IMG/VR virus record: IMGVR_UViG_3300020049_016248 | Strand: one strand, 5' to 3' | Length of the DNA stretch: 64,000 bases | Origin: a virus | Taxonomy: Duplodnaviria; Heunggongvirae; Uroviricota; Caudoviricetes | Part shown: positions 46,200-56,689 of the stretch, piece by piece | Layout: every line of letters starts with the position of its first letter | Position numbering within the stretch: position 1 is the first letter of the stretch | Notes under the pieces: model-generated | What the model was told of the DNA's origin: nothing | Database searches by the model: none | The model's input: the letters and a program-made list of their open reading frames with translations, nothing else | Program-made: the position numbers and the translations under genes

Positions 46200-47189
46200 T
46201 TATACTAAATTATTTATTTCTTTTTCTAATTCATCAGCTAAATTAAACATATCTTTTAAAGAAGTAAACCAAGAAGATAATTTTGATTTAATATATTCAT
46301 AACCTGATTTAATCTTATCACTAACTCCTTCTTCTACTGATATTGATTTATGAGCTGAAAAAGGAATTTCTTTTGACAAAGCTGCAAACTCGTTTTCAAC
46401 TACTTTTTTTGTAGCTTCATTTAATTTAGACATTAATATTGCTACTTTATCTGTAGGAGTAGGTCCTATTGTTTTAAACCCACCGTCTTTAATTTTAGCA
46501 ACAATTTTGTCTACCTTTTTTGTTTTAACATCCAAAGCTCCCATAACTCTAAAGATTTTTTCTTTCAAAGCTGATTCTGCTTTAAGTTTTTCTTCAATCA
46601 TGTTTTTGAAATCTTCTTCATGTTTTTTTATTTGCTTAGATAAAACTTCCCAATCTCTCATAGCTTTATCTAAACTTGTATGTGAAGGTTTTTCATTGTC
46701 AAATTCAGCTTCTACTATAGATTCAACTAATCTATTATAAGATTCATATGTAACTTTTAAATTACCTTTGTTAGCATAGATCAATGATATAGAAAAATCA
46801 CAATAAACTTTTCCTTCTTTTGACTTCATTGTTCTAACACCTTGAATTGAAAAAGAAGGAATATTAAATTTTGGCATCAATATTTCTTCTAATTTTCTTT
46901 TTATCTCATAAGCTTTAGATTTTGCAATCTCACGAGTGAATTGCATTTGTTGAGAAGGTTCTTGAATCTCAAATCTTACTCCAAATTCCCAAATATCACC
47001 ATTTTCATGAATGAATTGCAAATCTGCAGCATCTTCTTTTTTAAATTCTTTATCAAGAACTTTTATTAACTCTTGAACTAAAGGATTATCCTTGTAAGTA
47101 ATTATGTTAACTGATGTAGATACATTTGCTGTATCACCACCAATAGCTTCTTTAATTATTTTTTCAACTAGTTCTTTACGATTTTTCAT
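46200..47189 (-). CDS. late-type coiled-coil protein, possible head cargo
   Basis: N-terminal LVEKIIKEA leader; TATTTATA on the minus strand at 47219-47226. Confidence 0.55.
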   Translation of the reverse strand: MKNRKELVEKIIKEAIGGDTANVSTSVNIITYKDNPLVQELIKVLDKEFKKEDAADLQFIHENGDIWEFGVRFEIQEPSQQMQFTREIAKSKAYEIKRKLEEILMPKFNIPSFSIQGVRTMKSKEGKVYCDFSISLIYANKGNLKVTYESYNRLVESIVEAEFDNEKPSHTSLDKAMRDWEVLSKQIKKHEEDFKNMIEEKLKAESALKEKIFRVMGALDVKTKKVDKIVAKIKDGGFKTIGPTPTDKVAILMSKLNEATKKVVENEFAALSKEIPFSAHKSISVEEGVSDKIKSGYEYIKSKLSSWFTSLKDMFNLADELEKEINNLV

Positions 47190-47238
47190 TATTGAACAGG
47201 AAATTGTTATATTTTTATTATAAATAGTGAGAAAAAGG

Positions 47239-47264
47239 AAAAGCTCAGAATTAACTGAGCTTTT
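47239..47264. terminator. terminator after dUTPase
   Basis: aaaagctcag-aattaa-ctgagctttt. Confidence 0.75.
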
Positions 47265-47297
47265 CTTATAATTTTATTAGTCTATTACTATTATTAA

Positions 47298-47756
47298 CTA
47301 GTTCCCTGTAGAACCAAAGCCACCTTCTCCTCTTTCAGTTGAAGATAATTCATTCACTTCTTTAAATAAAACTTGAGGGTAAGGTAAAATAATTAACTGA
47401 GCAACTCTGTCCCCCACCTTATAAACTTCACCTTTAACATATGATTGACCTGCAACAGTAGTATGTTCAGTATAAAATTTTACTTTAACGTTTCCTCTAT
47501 ACCCTGAATCGATTACACCTACGCAATTTGATAAAACTTGACCTGTTTTGTAAACAGAGCTTCTTGGAAAGATTAACCCTACAAACCCTGGAGGTATTTC
47601 TAAAGCTAAACCAGTATCATATTCAATATAATTACTACCACCTTCTTTAGATACTGCTGTTAAATCCATCCCTGCATCACCTGCTTTTGCATAAGAAGGA
47701 ATCACAGCATCAGGGTGATTTTTTTTAATATTAATTTGCATTAGTCCTATAAACAT
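47298..47756 (-). CDS. dut: trimeric dUTPase
   Basis: AGMDL, DTGL, FPRSS, GVIDSGYRG, RVAQL, RGEGGFGSTG; true start may be ATG 47741. Confidence 0.95.
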   Translation of the reverse strand: MFIGLMQINIKKNHPDAVIPSYAKAGDAGMDLTAVSKEGGSNYIEYDTGLALEIPPGFVGLIFPRSSVYKTGQVLSNCVGVIDSGYRGNVKVKFYTEHTTVAGQSYVKGEVYKVGDRVAQLIILPYPQVLFKEVNELSSTERGEGGFGSTGN

Positions 47757-47889
47757 TTAATTTTGTTTGTAAATTTATGCTTTTTTTAGATAAAAGACAA
47801 TAGTTTATCCATCTATTTTAAAATAATCTTTGAAACAGTAATGAAACCAATAATTTTTAAAATCTTAACTCTCTATAAGAGAAGCAAAG

Positions 47890-48933
47890 TTAAAGAAGAT
47901 TATATTGTTCTTTTAAAGAATTAAGAGTATTTGCAATGTTCGCAATGTTTCTCTTCAATTGGTTCATTTCTTTTTCTGAACTATAAAGAAAATTGCTATT
48001 GCAAAAGTGATAATTAGAGAAAGGAGATTTATTTGGTAAACTTAATTTTTTTAAATTTTCCAATCTTTCTCTTTCTTTCTTTTCTCTTTCTTTTCTTCTT
48101 TGTTTAATACCTTGATATTGTTCTATTTCATTTTCTTTCAAATAAGAAGTTAACATAATACTTGTTTTCTTCTTATACATTTTACCTTTAGAAATGAAAG
48201 TAGAATAATAAACAGTAGAATCAAATTGCTTGTGTAAAGCTGCAGAAACAGGGATATATTTAGTTTGCACTTGACGAATAATAAACTTATCATCAATTAA
48301 CTTGTGCATAAATTGATGCCCAAACCCTGAACTTTTACCAAACAATTTACCTAAACCTTTCGAAGAAAGATTTGTTCTATTACTACGTTCTAAGTCAGCT
48401 AATCTACAGACATGTTTAAAATTGTACTTCAAGAGATGTTTTTTATACTTCTCTTTTAGCTTCTCACAATGGATTTTCTGTAGTTTGACGACAAAGTCAG
48501 TAATATTATAGATTTGTTGATCGTAGTTTGTTCTTACTACGATTTTTTGAAATTCATACAATAAGTTTTGGAAAGAATCATTATTAATAGAAACAAATCT
48601 ATTAAATGAAATTTCTATTTGACTTTCATCTTGTATGTTATTATGTTTTATATATTCTAATTTATAAAGTTTTTTTAAACTTATTAACCTAAAACCTTTA
48701 CTATCTCGTTTAACCCAACCTAATTCAATCATCTTATTAAGATGTCTTCGATAAGTTTCTTTCGAACCTGGGTACCATGAAGGTTTACTCATGAAAGAAT
48801 GAGAGTGTCCACTAATATGTCTACGTTTCAACTTTAACCATAAAACAAAATATTTCAATTCTCCCTTTTCAGCTATAAATGGAACAACTGTTGGTGGATA
48901 AAGAATTGTGTTTTTATTAAATGGTTTACTCAT
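47890..48933 (-). CDS. basic protein with two predicted (winged) HTH regions
   Basis: SKETYRRHLNKMIELGWV and LSSKGLGKLFGKSSGFG.QFMHKL; ATG 48933 preferred over TTG 49023. Confidence 0.55.
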   Translation of the reverse strand: MSKPFNKNTILYPPTVVPFIAEKGELKYFVLWLKLKRRHISGHSHSFMSKPSWYPGSKETYRRHLNKMIELGWVKRDSKGFRLISLKKLYKLEYIKHNNIQDESQIEISFNRFVSINNDSFQNLLYEFQKIVVRTNYDQQIYNITDFVVKLQKIHCEKLKEKYKKHLLKYNFKHVCRLADLERSNRTNLSSKGLGKLFGKSSGFGHQFMHKLIDDKFIIRQVQTKYIPVSAALHKQFDSTVYYSTFISKGKMYKKKTSIMLTSYLKENEIEQYQGIKQRRKEREKKERERLENLKKLSLPNKSPFSNYHFCNSNFLYSSEKEMNQLKRNIANIANTLNSLKEQYNLL

Positions 48934-49006
48934 TTGGTGGTAAAACTGTTTTTTTTTATTGTGAACAACAAGGAAAATGAACAATTTTATATAAAAAAAT
49001 AAATAA

Positions 49007-49408
49007 ATGTCTAAACTTAACAAAGTAGTGAAAGTAATTTCTCGTCCTTGGCATTATGATTCTTTGTTTATTAAAGTAAAACAAAGTGAAGATAAAATTT
49101 ACTATAATGTTGTAAGACGTGAAGGTAATACTTTAGCTGAGATTGAGTTTAATAAAGTAAATGATACAATAAAAGATTTTACAAATATTGTTAATAGTGT
49201 AAGTGCTTACAGAAGTAAGAATAATTGTTTACGTGTAAGGGTCTTTGTTGAAGATTACGATAATATTTCCCTTCTTCTTGAAGAAGAAATGAAATTAAAA
49301 GTTCAAAAATTAGACGACAAGCTTGTAGAATTCTTTGACCTATCAAAAATGAATGAAATTGTAAAAGAGTTTACTACAGTAATAGATGTATTGCAAAATG
49401 ATAAATAA
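49007..49408 (+). CDS. hypothetical protein
   Basis: 133-aa ORF heading the recombination/replication block. Confidence 0.55.
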   Translation: MSKLNKVVKVISRPWHYDSLFIKVKQSEDKIYYNVVRREGNTLAEIEFNKVNDTIKDFTNIVNSVSAYRSKNNCLRVRVFVEDYDNISLLLEEEMKLKVQKLDDKLVEFFDLSKMNEIVKEFTTVIDVLQNDK

Positions 49409-49976
49409 AAACGAATGTTTACTAGCTTTAGATGCATCATCTAAAGTAATCGGTTATTCAATTTTTGATTTGAAGACGAAAGAATTACTGAAAATCGACA
49501 AGTTTCTTCATGATGAAAAGAAAACATTAATTGAAAGAACTTTAGAATATGAAAAACTTTTAGTAAAACTAATTGCAGAATATAATATTACAGAAATGGT
49601 TATAGAGGAAGCTTTCAAAGCTTTCACAGGTGGCGGATCATCAGCAACAACTGTTCAAGTTTTAACTGCTATTAACTTTGGTTATCAATTGATAACTACT
49701 AAGAATAATATTAAAGTAAACACTATGACTGTGAATGAAGCTCGTAAAAATTGCTTTCCAGGGATAAAAATACGAACGTTAGCTAAGATGAGAGGTCAAA
49801 AAGAGAAAGATTTTTGTTTTGATTTAACTTTACCAACTTTACAAAGTTATTATACAACTAAAACTATAAGCAAAGGTAAAAACAAAGGTAATGTTGTATA
49901 TGAGGAATGGTGTAAAGACATGGCAGATTCATATATTTGTGGGTACGGTTATCTTAACAGTAAAAAAATAATATGA
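49386..49976 (+). CDS. RuvC-like Holliday junction resolvase
   Basis: LLALDASSK.IGY, MVIEE, DMADS acidic residues. Confidence 0.75.
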   Translation: MYCKMINKNECLLALDASSKVIGYSIFDLKTKELLKIDKFLHDEKKTLIERTLEYEKLLVKLIAEYNITEMVIEEAFKAFTGGGSSATTVQVLTAINFGYQLITTKNNIKVNTMTVNEARKNCFPGIKIRTLAKMRGQKEKDFCFDLTLPTLQSYYTTKTISKGKNKGNVVYEEWCKDMADSYICGYGYLNSKKII

Positions 49977-50863
49977 GTAAAATTGCTATTGCACAATATA
50001 TAAGAGCTTTAAAACCTTTAGGGGAATATAAACTAAGAGGACATCAATTACAATTTGATTGTCCTCATTGTTTGAAAGCAGGTTCTAGTCCAGGGAAGTT
50101 TAACTTAGAAATAAACACTCAAAGTAATATTTTCAACTGTTGGGCTTGTAGGTATTCTGGACATATTTCTAAGTTAATCAAAGAAAAAGGGTATAAGGAA
50201 TATATTGATTTATTCTCAGATAAAAAAATTCACGATTTTAATAAGGAAGAAAGTTTAGAGTATGAAAGAATTTTCTCATTACCTAAGTATATTACTAATG
50301 CATGTAATAATGAGCAAGCTAAACAATACTTATTAAGTCGTGGGTTGATAGAAGAAAAAATTAAGGAAAGAAATATTAAATATTGTTATTCTGGAAAGTT
50401 TAAAGACTGTATTATATTTCCATCATATGATGAACATGAAGAGGTAAATTGTTTTGTTTCTCATAATTTGAAAACAAAAAAATACACAGTTAATAAAAAA
50501 GATACGTTTTTTTGCTTCTATGAAACATTTATCGATAAACGTTCCCCTGTTTTTTTAACAGAAGGTGTTTACGATGCATTATCTATACCTAATGCAATCC
50601 CTTTATTAGGGGTTAGTGTTTCTAAAGAATTATTAACATATCTTTCTAACACTACTGTAGTATTAGCAATGGATAATGATTTGAACCCGCGAGTAAAGAA
50701 ACAATTATATAAACAATTATATTCTGTTTGTAAGAAAGTAATTCAATTACCTTTTAAAGGAAAAGATATAAATGAATCTTTTCTAAAAAACAAATTACAA
50801 TTAGTAGAAACAATACAAGCAATATATACAAATAAGCAAATATATGACTATCAAACAACCTAA
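49973..50863 (+). CDS. DNA primase (Zn finger plus TOPRIM)
   Basis: CPHC...CWAC; TEGVYDA; AMDND. Confidence 0.88.
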   Translation: MSKIAIAQYIRALKPLGEYKLRGHQLQFDCPHCLKAGSSPGKFNLEINTQSNIFNCWACRYSGHISKLIKEKGYKEYIDLFSDKKIHDFNKEESLEYERIFSLPKYITNACNNEQAKQYLLSRGLIEEKIKERNIKYCYSGKFKDCIIFPSYDEHEEVNCFVSHNLKTKKYTVNKKDTFFCFYETFIDKRSPVFLTEGVYDALSIPNAIPLLGVSVSKELLTYLSNTTVVLAMDNDLNPRVKKQLYKQLYSVCKKVIQLPFKGKDINESFLKNKLQLVETIQAIYTNKQIYDYQTT

Positions 50864-53800
50864 TAAAATTTTACATCTTGCTGACATTCATATCTTTTCA
50901 AAAAAAAGACATCAAGAGTTTAAAGAACAAATTAATAAATTATGTTCTTTAATTGTACAGGAAAAAGTAGATTTAGTGTATGTAGGAGGAGATGTTGTTG
51001 ACAGTAAGGCGCGTTTAACACCTGAACAAGTAGAAGTTGTAACTCATTTCTTTTATCAAATATCTAACTTATGTCCAATAGTTATGATTCCAGGTAATCA
51101 TGATTTAGATTTGAAACAATCAGGTAGTTTAGATTCATTAACACCTATTGTTGACAATATCAATGCAACACATCCAATTTATTATTTGAAAGATACAGGG
51201 ATTTATACTGTGTATGATATTGACTGGGTTGTGTGGTCATGCATTGATAAGAAAAACCCGTTTGAAGTTGCATCTAGTTGGAAGAAAGAAAGAACTACGA
51301 TAGGATGTTATCATGGTGCAGTTAAAGGTTGTACTACTGATTCAGATTGGGTGTTAACCTCTACAGAGATTTCTATTGATGAATTTGCACTTTGTGATAT
51401 TGTTATGTTAGGTGATATTCATAAAAGACAATATTTTAGAAACAATGAAATTGCTTATAGCGGTTCATGGTTGCAAGTTAATATTTCAGAAGCAGAAGAA
51501 AAAGGAGTTTTAATCTGGTCTTTGAAAGGAGATAAGTATGAGTCTGCATTTCATAAATTACAAAATGATTATGGTTTTAGAACCTATGAAATACAAAACT
51601 TAGATACTTTCAATGTAGATGAAGTTACTATTCCAACAAATAAATTTATACTTAGACTTTTATATGTAGGGACAGAAGAAGATTTTTCAACGATTAAGTT
51701 CTACGAATTAAGAAAAGATTTAAAGTTAAAGTTTCCTAACGATATTATTTTACAAAAACGTTTTAAGAAGAGTAAAACATCTAAAACTAGGACTAAAACA
51801 TTAACAGACACGTCAATAGATTTTTTTAATAAATTTTATGAAGATCAAGGTTTAAGTAAAGAACAAATAGAAGAGTTAAAACTAATTGATAAGCATTACA
51901 ATAAACTAGTAGACAGTTCAGATTATCAAATTGGAGAATATTATATTGAAGAAGTTGAAATCGAAAACTTTTTATGTTACGGTTCAAAAAATGTTTTAAA
52001 CTTTGCTTCATTGCATGGTTTAACAGGTTTATTTTCTCCAAACAGATGGGGTAAATCTTCTATTTTATCTAGTGTATTATTTTGTTGTTTTAATGATACT
52101 TTGAAAGGAGTATCATCTATTTCTTCATTGATTAACGATCAAATGCCAGAGAACACTCAAGCATATGTACAAGTTAAGTTAAACATTAACGGTGTTTCTT
52201 GGAGAATTAAAAGAACTATTATACCAACATCAACAGGTGGAAAAATTAAACTAGAAGTTTATGAGACAGTTGAAGGTAAAGAAGTAGCAAGACATGAAGA
52301 AAGTAGACCTCAAACAGATAATAAAGTTTTGCGTAAACTTTTAGGTACGAAAGAAGTATTTTTAACAACTGTTTTATGTACTGCAACAAACTTAGATGAA
52401 TTTTCTAAATCTAAAAATTCAGAACGATTAGATTTAATTATGAAATTTTTAGGTATTTCTATCTATGATCAAAAGTTAAAGTTATGTGATGAAGATCTTA
52501 AAAAGAATAGTTACTTATATGAAAAACTTCAAGAAGAGTTAGAGAAACTAACCCCTTTAAATGTTTTACAAGATAGAAAGAAAGAATTAGAAATTGAGAG
52601 AAAAGAAAATCAACAAAAAAGTATAGCTTTAAAAGTTGAAATTGAAAAACATCAATACTGGAATTCTGAATTAGAAGCTAAAATTAAAGCTCTTAATATT
52701 ATTGATATTACTAAGTCTTTAGTTGATTTGAAAAGAGAATTAAACGTTATTGATGAGGATTTAAAATCTAAAACTTTACAATTAAAAACTTTAGAAAGCA
52801 AAGAGAAACTTTTACTTTCAAATTGGAAATTTGAAACAAGTATAGAAAGTCCTTTTCCTTTTCCTGATTTAAGTAAAGAAAAAGAAAATATAATACAATT
52901 ACGTATTGATTTAAAATCATTAGAAGATCAATTATCTTCAGAAATTTGCCCTACTTGTAGTCAAGTTCGTAATAGAATTGATAAAGAACAAATTAGAAAA
53001 GATATAGAATCGAAAACAAAAGAGTTAGCAACTATTAAAGAATTAGTTCAAAATATAGAAACAGAACATAAAAAAATTAAAGAACAACAAGCTTCTTATA
53101 AAGAAACTAAAACAGAAATATCTTTAATTTGTTCTAGATTAGAATTAGCTTTAAATAAAAAAGAGAATTTAGAGCAACAAATTTCAATTGTTAACGATAA
53201 CAAATTGAAATTAGAGAAGAAAGAGAAACATGAGTCAAAAATTATTTTCAATCAATCTCAAATAAAAACTCTTACAAAAGAACAACAACAAATTGAATCT
53301 CAAATTCTTTTTATAGATAAAGAATTGAACATTATTTCAAGTGAATGTTTAAAATACGATGAAAAGATTGAAAGTTTAAGAAAAGAAGAAGGGAATATTA
53401 AAGGGTTACAATTATATAAGAAAGGGATGCATAGAACAGGAATACCTTCTTTAATTTTAGAGACATATATCCCTGAGATTAATTCTGAGATTAACAATCA
53501 AGTTAATGACTTATTTGATTTAAACATTAAGTTTGAACTTGTTGATAATAAATTAGACATTTCTTTTTATTACGATGAGTTGTTAAACAAAGGTAAGGGT
53601 AAAAGAGATATTTCACAAGCTTCAGGTATGGAAGGAACTATTATTAATTTAGCAATAAGAGCTACTTTAACTAAGATATCTTTACTCCCAAAACCTTCAT
53701 TGCTGATGTTAGATGAGGTATTCAACACTTTAGACAAAGAGAATCTACAACAAATTAAACCTCTGTTAGTTCGATTGAAAGAACAGTATTACAACATTGT

Positions 53801-53888
53801 AGTTGTTTCACATTTAGATGAAATTAAAGATTTACCAGAGCATATTATATCTTTAGAAAAGATAAACGGTGTAACTATAATTCTATAA
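50844..53888 (+). CDS. fused SbcD(Mre11/gp47)-SbcC(Rad50/gp46) nuclease-ATPase
   Basis: ADIH, GGD, GNHD, GDIH, YSGS; then NRWGKSS, CPTC hook, ASGME, LDEVF, VVSH in one ORF. Confidence 0.92.
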   Translation: MTIKQPNKILHLADIHIFSKKRHQEFKEQINKLCSLIVQEKVDLVYVGGDVVDSKARLTPEQVEVVTHFFYQISNLCPIVMIPGNHDLDLKQSGSLDSLTPIVDNINATHPIYYLKDTGIYTVYDIDWVVWSCIDKKNPFEVASSWKKERTTIGCYHGAVKGCTTDSDWVLTSTEISIDEFALCDIVMLGDIHKRQYFRNNEIAYSGSWLQVNISEAEEKGVLIWSLKGDKYESAFHKLQNDYGFRTYEIQNLDTFNVDEVTIPTNKFILRLLYVGTEEDFSTIKFYELRKDLKLKFPNDIILQKRFKKSKTSKTRTKTLTDTSIDFFNKFYEDQGLSKEQIEELKLIDKHYNKLVDSSDYQIGEYYIEEVEIENFLCYGSKNVLNFASLHGLTGLFSPNRWGKSSILSSVLFCCFNDTLKGVSSISSLINDQMPENTQAYVQVKLNINGVSWRIKRTIIPTSTGGKIKLEVYETVEGKEVARHEESRPQTDNKVLRKLLGTKEVFLTTVLCTATNLDEFSKSKNSERLDLIMKFLGISIYDQKLKLCDEDLKKNSYLYEKLQEELEKLTPLNVLQDRKKELEIERKENQQKSIALKVEIEKHQYWNSELEAKIKALNIIDITKSLVDLKRELNVIDEDLKSKTLQLKTLESKEKLLLSNWKFETSIESPFPFPDLSKEKENIIQLRIDLKSLEDQLSSEICPTCSQVRNRIDKEQIRKDIESKTKELATIKELVQNIETEHKKIKEQQASYKETKTEISLICSRLELALNKKENLEQQISIVNDNKLKLEKKEKHESKIIFNQSQIKTLTKEQQQIESQILFIDKELNIISSECLKYDEKIESLRKEEGNIKGLQLYKKGMHRTGIPSLILETYIPEINSEINNQVNDLFDLNIKFELVDNKLDISFYYDELLNKGKGKRDISQASGMEGTIINLAIRATLTKISLLPKPSLLMLDEVFNTLDKENLQQIKPLLVRLKEQYYNIVVVSHLDEIKDLPEHIISLEKINGVTIIL

Positions 53889-53921
53889 TTTTTTTGATAT
53901 TTAAGGAAAAAGACTTTCTAA

Positions 53922-55667
53922 ATGAATATCAAAAAAATTATAAAAGAAGCTCACGTTCCAAATTACGCTTCCCCTTCCTTAGAAGATACAAGTTATGTTT
54001 TATTAAATTTATCTTTAGGTGTTATCAAACGTAGCATCTATGAACTTGTATTGTTTAATATTTTCTCTGAAGAAAATGAAAAAATGTTAATTGATAAAGG
54101 GGTTAAGATGATAGAAGGTAAGTTAACTGTTGATTCTTATATTAAAGAGTTAGAAAAAACATTAAAAAAAGAATCTAATAAAGATTTTAAATTTGATGAT
54201 GCATTAGTAAGTCAAATTACAATGCGTTTACAACCAACAATAGACCAAACTACAAAAAAACTTGATTTAACTAAAGAAACATCTAAATCTGTAAAGAAAG
54301 ATGGTACGTTGAAAAAAGAAAGTTATGCTATTGTAAATAATAAAGAAGAAGATTTAGAAAGATCTTTAACTTCACCTACAGAAGCAGATAAGAAAGCTTT
54401 ATCAGAAGACAACACAACAGAATCAAGAATCGATCCTCGTTTTTTAGCTTTACCAGAAAAAGATAGGGTTATTGTATTAAAAGCTATTGGTGAATTAAGA
54501 TTACCTTTCGATGGTGTTGTAACTAGACAAACTGTAGATAAAGTAGTACAAGGGTTTAAGAAGCATTACCAAAAACAATCCCCTCAAATGAAATATATCA
54601 TTGATACTTTATTAACTACATTAGATCCAAACGATTTTAAGAAATTTACATCAAAAGATAGAGAGTTATTTTTAAATTCAGAAGAAAAAAGTAGTTTAGA
54701 GTCAAAGTTAAATGAATCAGCTTTAGAAGATGCTAAAAAAGAAGCTCAAGAAATTTCTTCAAAAGAAGGAGTTGTTCAACATGTAAATGAAGTAAGTCCA
54801 GGAAAATATCAAGTATCAGATTGGTATGATTCAGATACGACAGTTGTATCATATGAATTTGGACATTTAAAAGAATCTGAATCTCAAGAGAATTTAGAAG
54901 AAGCTATTACATCTAAAGAATTACGAGTATTAAGTGATTTTGCAGAAAATAATGATTTAGACTTAAGTAAGGTTAAAGAAGAATGGAACGCTGTTAGAGA
55001 GAATTATAAAAACGTTGTTGACTATGTTAAAGAAGTTGAATCTAATCAAGATTTTGAATTTTTAAAATCTGATGATGAAGATGAAGAACAATTAGAAGAA
55101 GCTAACGTTTTAGAACCACAATCTAAAGATTATATGCGTATAACTGATCTTATACGTAAAGGGAAAATACTTGATATGAAAGGTCGTTATAGACCAGGGG
55201 TAGGAGCTAGACAATTAGCCCAAACAATGGCTAATAAAATTACAGATGTTTCTAAAGCTTGGAGAAGATATAAAGCAGCTGAAGATGAAAACTATCATGA
55301 TTTAGCTTTGATATTTTATAAAAGATTTAGAGATTTAGAGAAACATTCAGTTAGTGAATCTGTTTTAGAAGAAGCAATAGAATATACAATTGGTAAAAAT
55401 CAACCAGTACATTATAATCCAGAAGAAAAAATATTCGTAGCATTTTCTTCTGATTTAAACTTATCACCTAGAGATTGGAATTCTTTAGTTAAAATCCCTA
55501 AAGAGAAAGAAATAGTTCTAAGTAATAAAAAAACAGGTAAATCATACACGTTTACTTATAAGAATTGGGAATCTATGGATAGTGATAAAAACGAAGTAGG
55601 TAATTGGAATTATGATACAACGTTAGAAGATGGTACAATTATTAAATTAACAATATTCAACGATTAA
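53922..55667 (+). CDS. acidic multi-module head (core/cargo) protein with LxE sites
   Basis: KKIIKEA leader; LNES, LKES, LEEA repeated; TATTTA at 53898-53903. Confidence 0.6.
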   Translation: MNIKKIIKEAHVPNYASPSLEDTSYVLLNLSLGVIKRSIYELVLFNIFSEENEKMLIDKGVKMIEGKLTVDSYIKELEKTLKKESNKDFKFDDALVSQITMRLQPTIDQTTKKLDLTKETSKSVKKDGTLKKESYAIVNNKEEDLERSLTSPTEADKKALSEDNTTESRIDPRFLALPEKDRVIVLKAIGELRLPFDGVVTRQTVDKVVQGFKKHYQKQSPQMKYIIDTLLTTLDPNDFKKFTSKDRELFLNSEEKSSLESKLNESALEDAKKEAQEISSKEGVVQHVNEVSPGKYQVSDWYDSDTTVVSYEFGHLKESESQENLEEAITSKELRVLSDFAENNDLDLSKVKEEWNAVRENYKNVVDYVKEVESNQDFEFLKSDDEDEEQLEEANVLEPQSKDYMRITDLIRKGKILDMKGRYRPGVGARQLAQTMANKITDVSKAWRRYKAAEDENYHDLALIFYKRFRDLEKHSVSESVLEEAIEYTIGKNQPVHYNPEEKIFVAFSSDLNLSPRDWNSLVKIPKEKEIVLSNKKTGKSYTFTYKNWESMDSDKNEVGNWNYDTTLEDGTIIKLTIFND

Positions 55668-56689
55668 TGAACATACAATTTTTAATTGAAAAGTTAGAAA
55701 AGTTAACTGGAAAGAAGGTTATTTTAGAAGCTAATGTTCGATGGGCACCTATTGTTTTAGATTATGTAGCTAAAAACCCCGGACAAACAAGTAAAGAAAT
55801 CTTAAACGGTTTAGGTATTCCTCTTTCAGATAGTCAAAAGACAAAAGCAGGTTACAATTTTTCAGCAGCACAAGGTTCTGCTTTAGTTAATCTAAGAAAA
55901 CTTGTAAATAATGGTGTTCTCTCTAGAGAGAAAAAAGGTAGAGAGTTTACTTATTCAATAACTTCTACTGATTCAAGCCCTAGTCCTAGCCCAGAAGTTA
56001 AAACAAAGAAACAAAAGAAAGGACTTACTTTTGAACAAGTGTTTGAATTGATTAATCAAAAATGGCCTTATAGAAATAGAGAAGGTAACAAATTTGAAGG
56101 GGGAAAAGATAGTTACTATTTAGATTTTAACACTGATGATAGAGGCCCTAGAACAGATCATGGTGGACCACCAGATGGAGATGGTTGGATGTCTAATGAA
56201 CAAATAAGACAAGTGGCAAAGCCTTATTATGATAAATGGAGACCTCGTTTAGATCAACTTGAAAAAGTTTTAAAGTTTTACGCTGGTATTAGTGTAAAAA
56301 CTTATGTTGATTATGGCGAAAAAGGACATGTTGCATTACAATTAAAAATTGAAACACCTTTACAAGAGTCTAACTTACAAGAAACAGATTCAAAATACGA
56401 TAATATGAAACATTATCCTGAATCTCATCTACATCCTTTAGTACAACAAAGTTTAAAGTATCAATATGAAAGATTAAAAGGGTTATTTCCTGGTTTAGAT
56501 AATTTTGATGTAAAGCAAGATAGTGATCAGGTAATAAGAATGCATTATACTTATAAAGGGAAACCTTATAAAACAAGAGTCGATTTAAACGGAGATACAG
56601 GAACGAGAGCTTTCAATGCAATTAAAAGAAACATTGCACCTAAACCAAAAACAGGTAGATTTATAGATACATCTAATTTTAGATTTTAA
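55667..56689 (+). CDS. multi-module head protein with winged-HTH
   Basis: LEKLTGKKVILEA leader; PGQTSKEIL...LRKLVNNGVLSREKKGREFTY; LQES. Confidence 0.6.
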   Translation: MNIQFLIEKLEKLTGKKVILEANVRWAPIVLDYVAKNPGQTSKEILNGLGIPLSDSQKTKAGYNFSAAQGSALVNLRKLVNNGVLSREKKGREFTYSITSTDSSPSPSPEVKTKKQKKGLTFEQVFELINQKWPYRNREGNKFEGGKDSYYLDFNTDDRGPRTDHGGPPDGDGWMSNEQIRQVAKPYYDKWRPRLDQLEKVLKFYAGISVKTYVDYGEKGHVALQLKIETPLQESNLQETDSKYDNMKHYPESHLHPLVQQSLKYQYERLKGLFPGLDNFDVKQDSDQVIRMHYTYKGKPYKTRVDLNGDTGTRAFNAIKRNIAPKPKTGRFIDTSNFRF

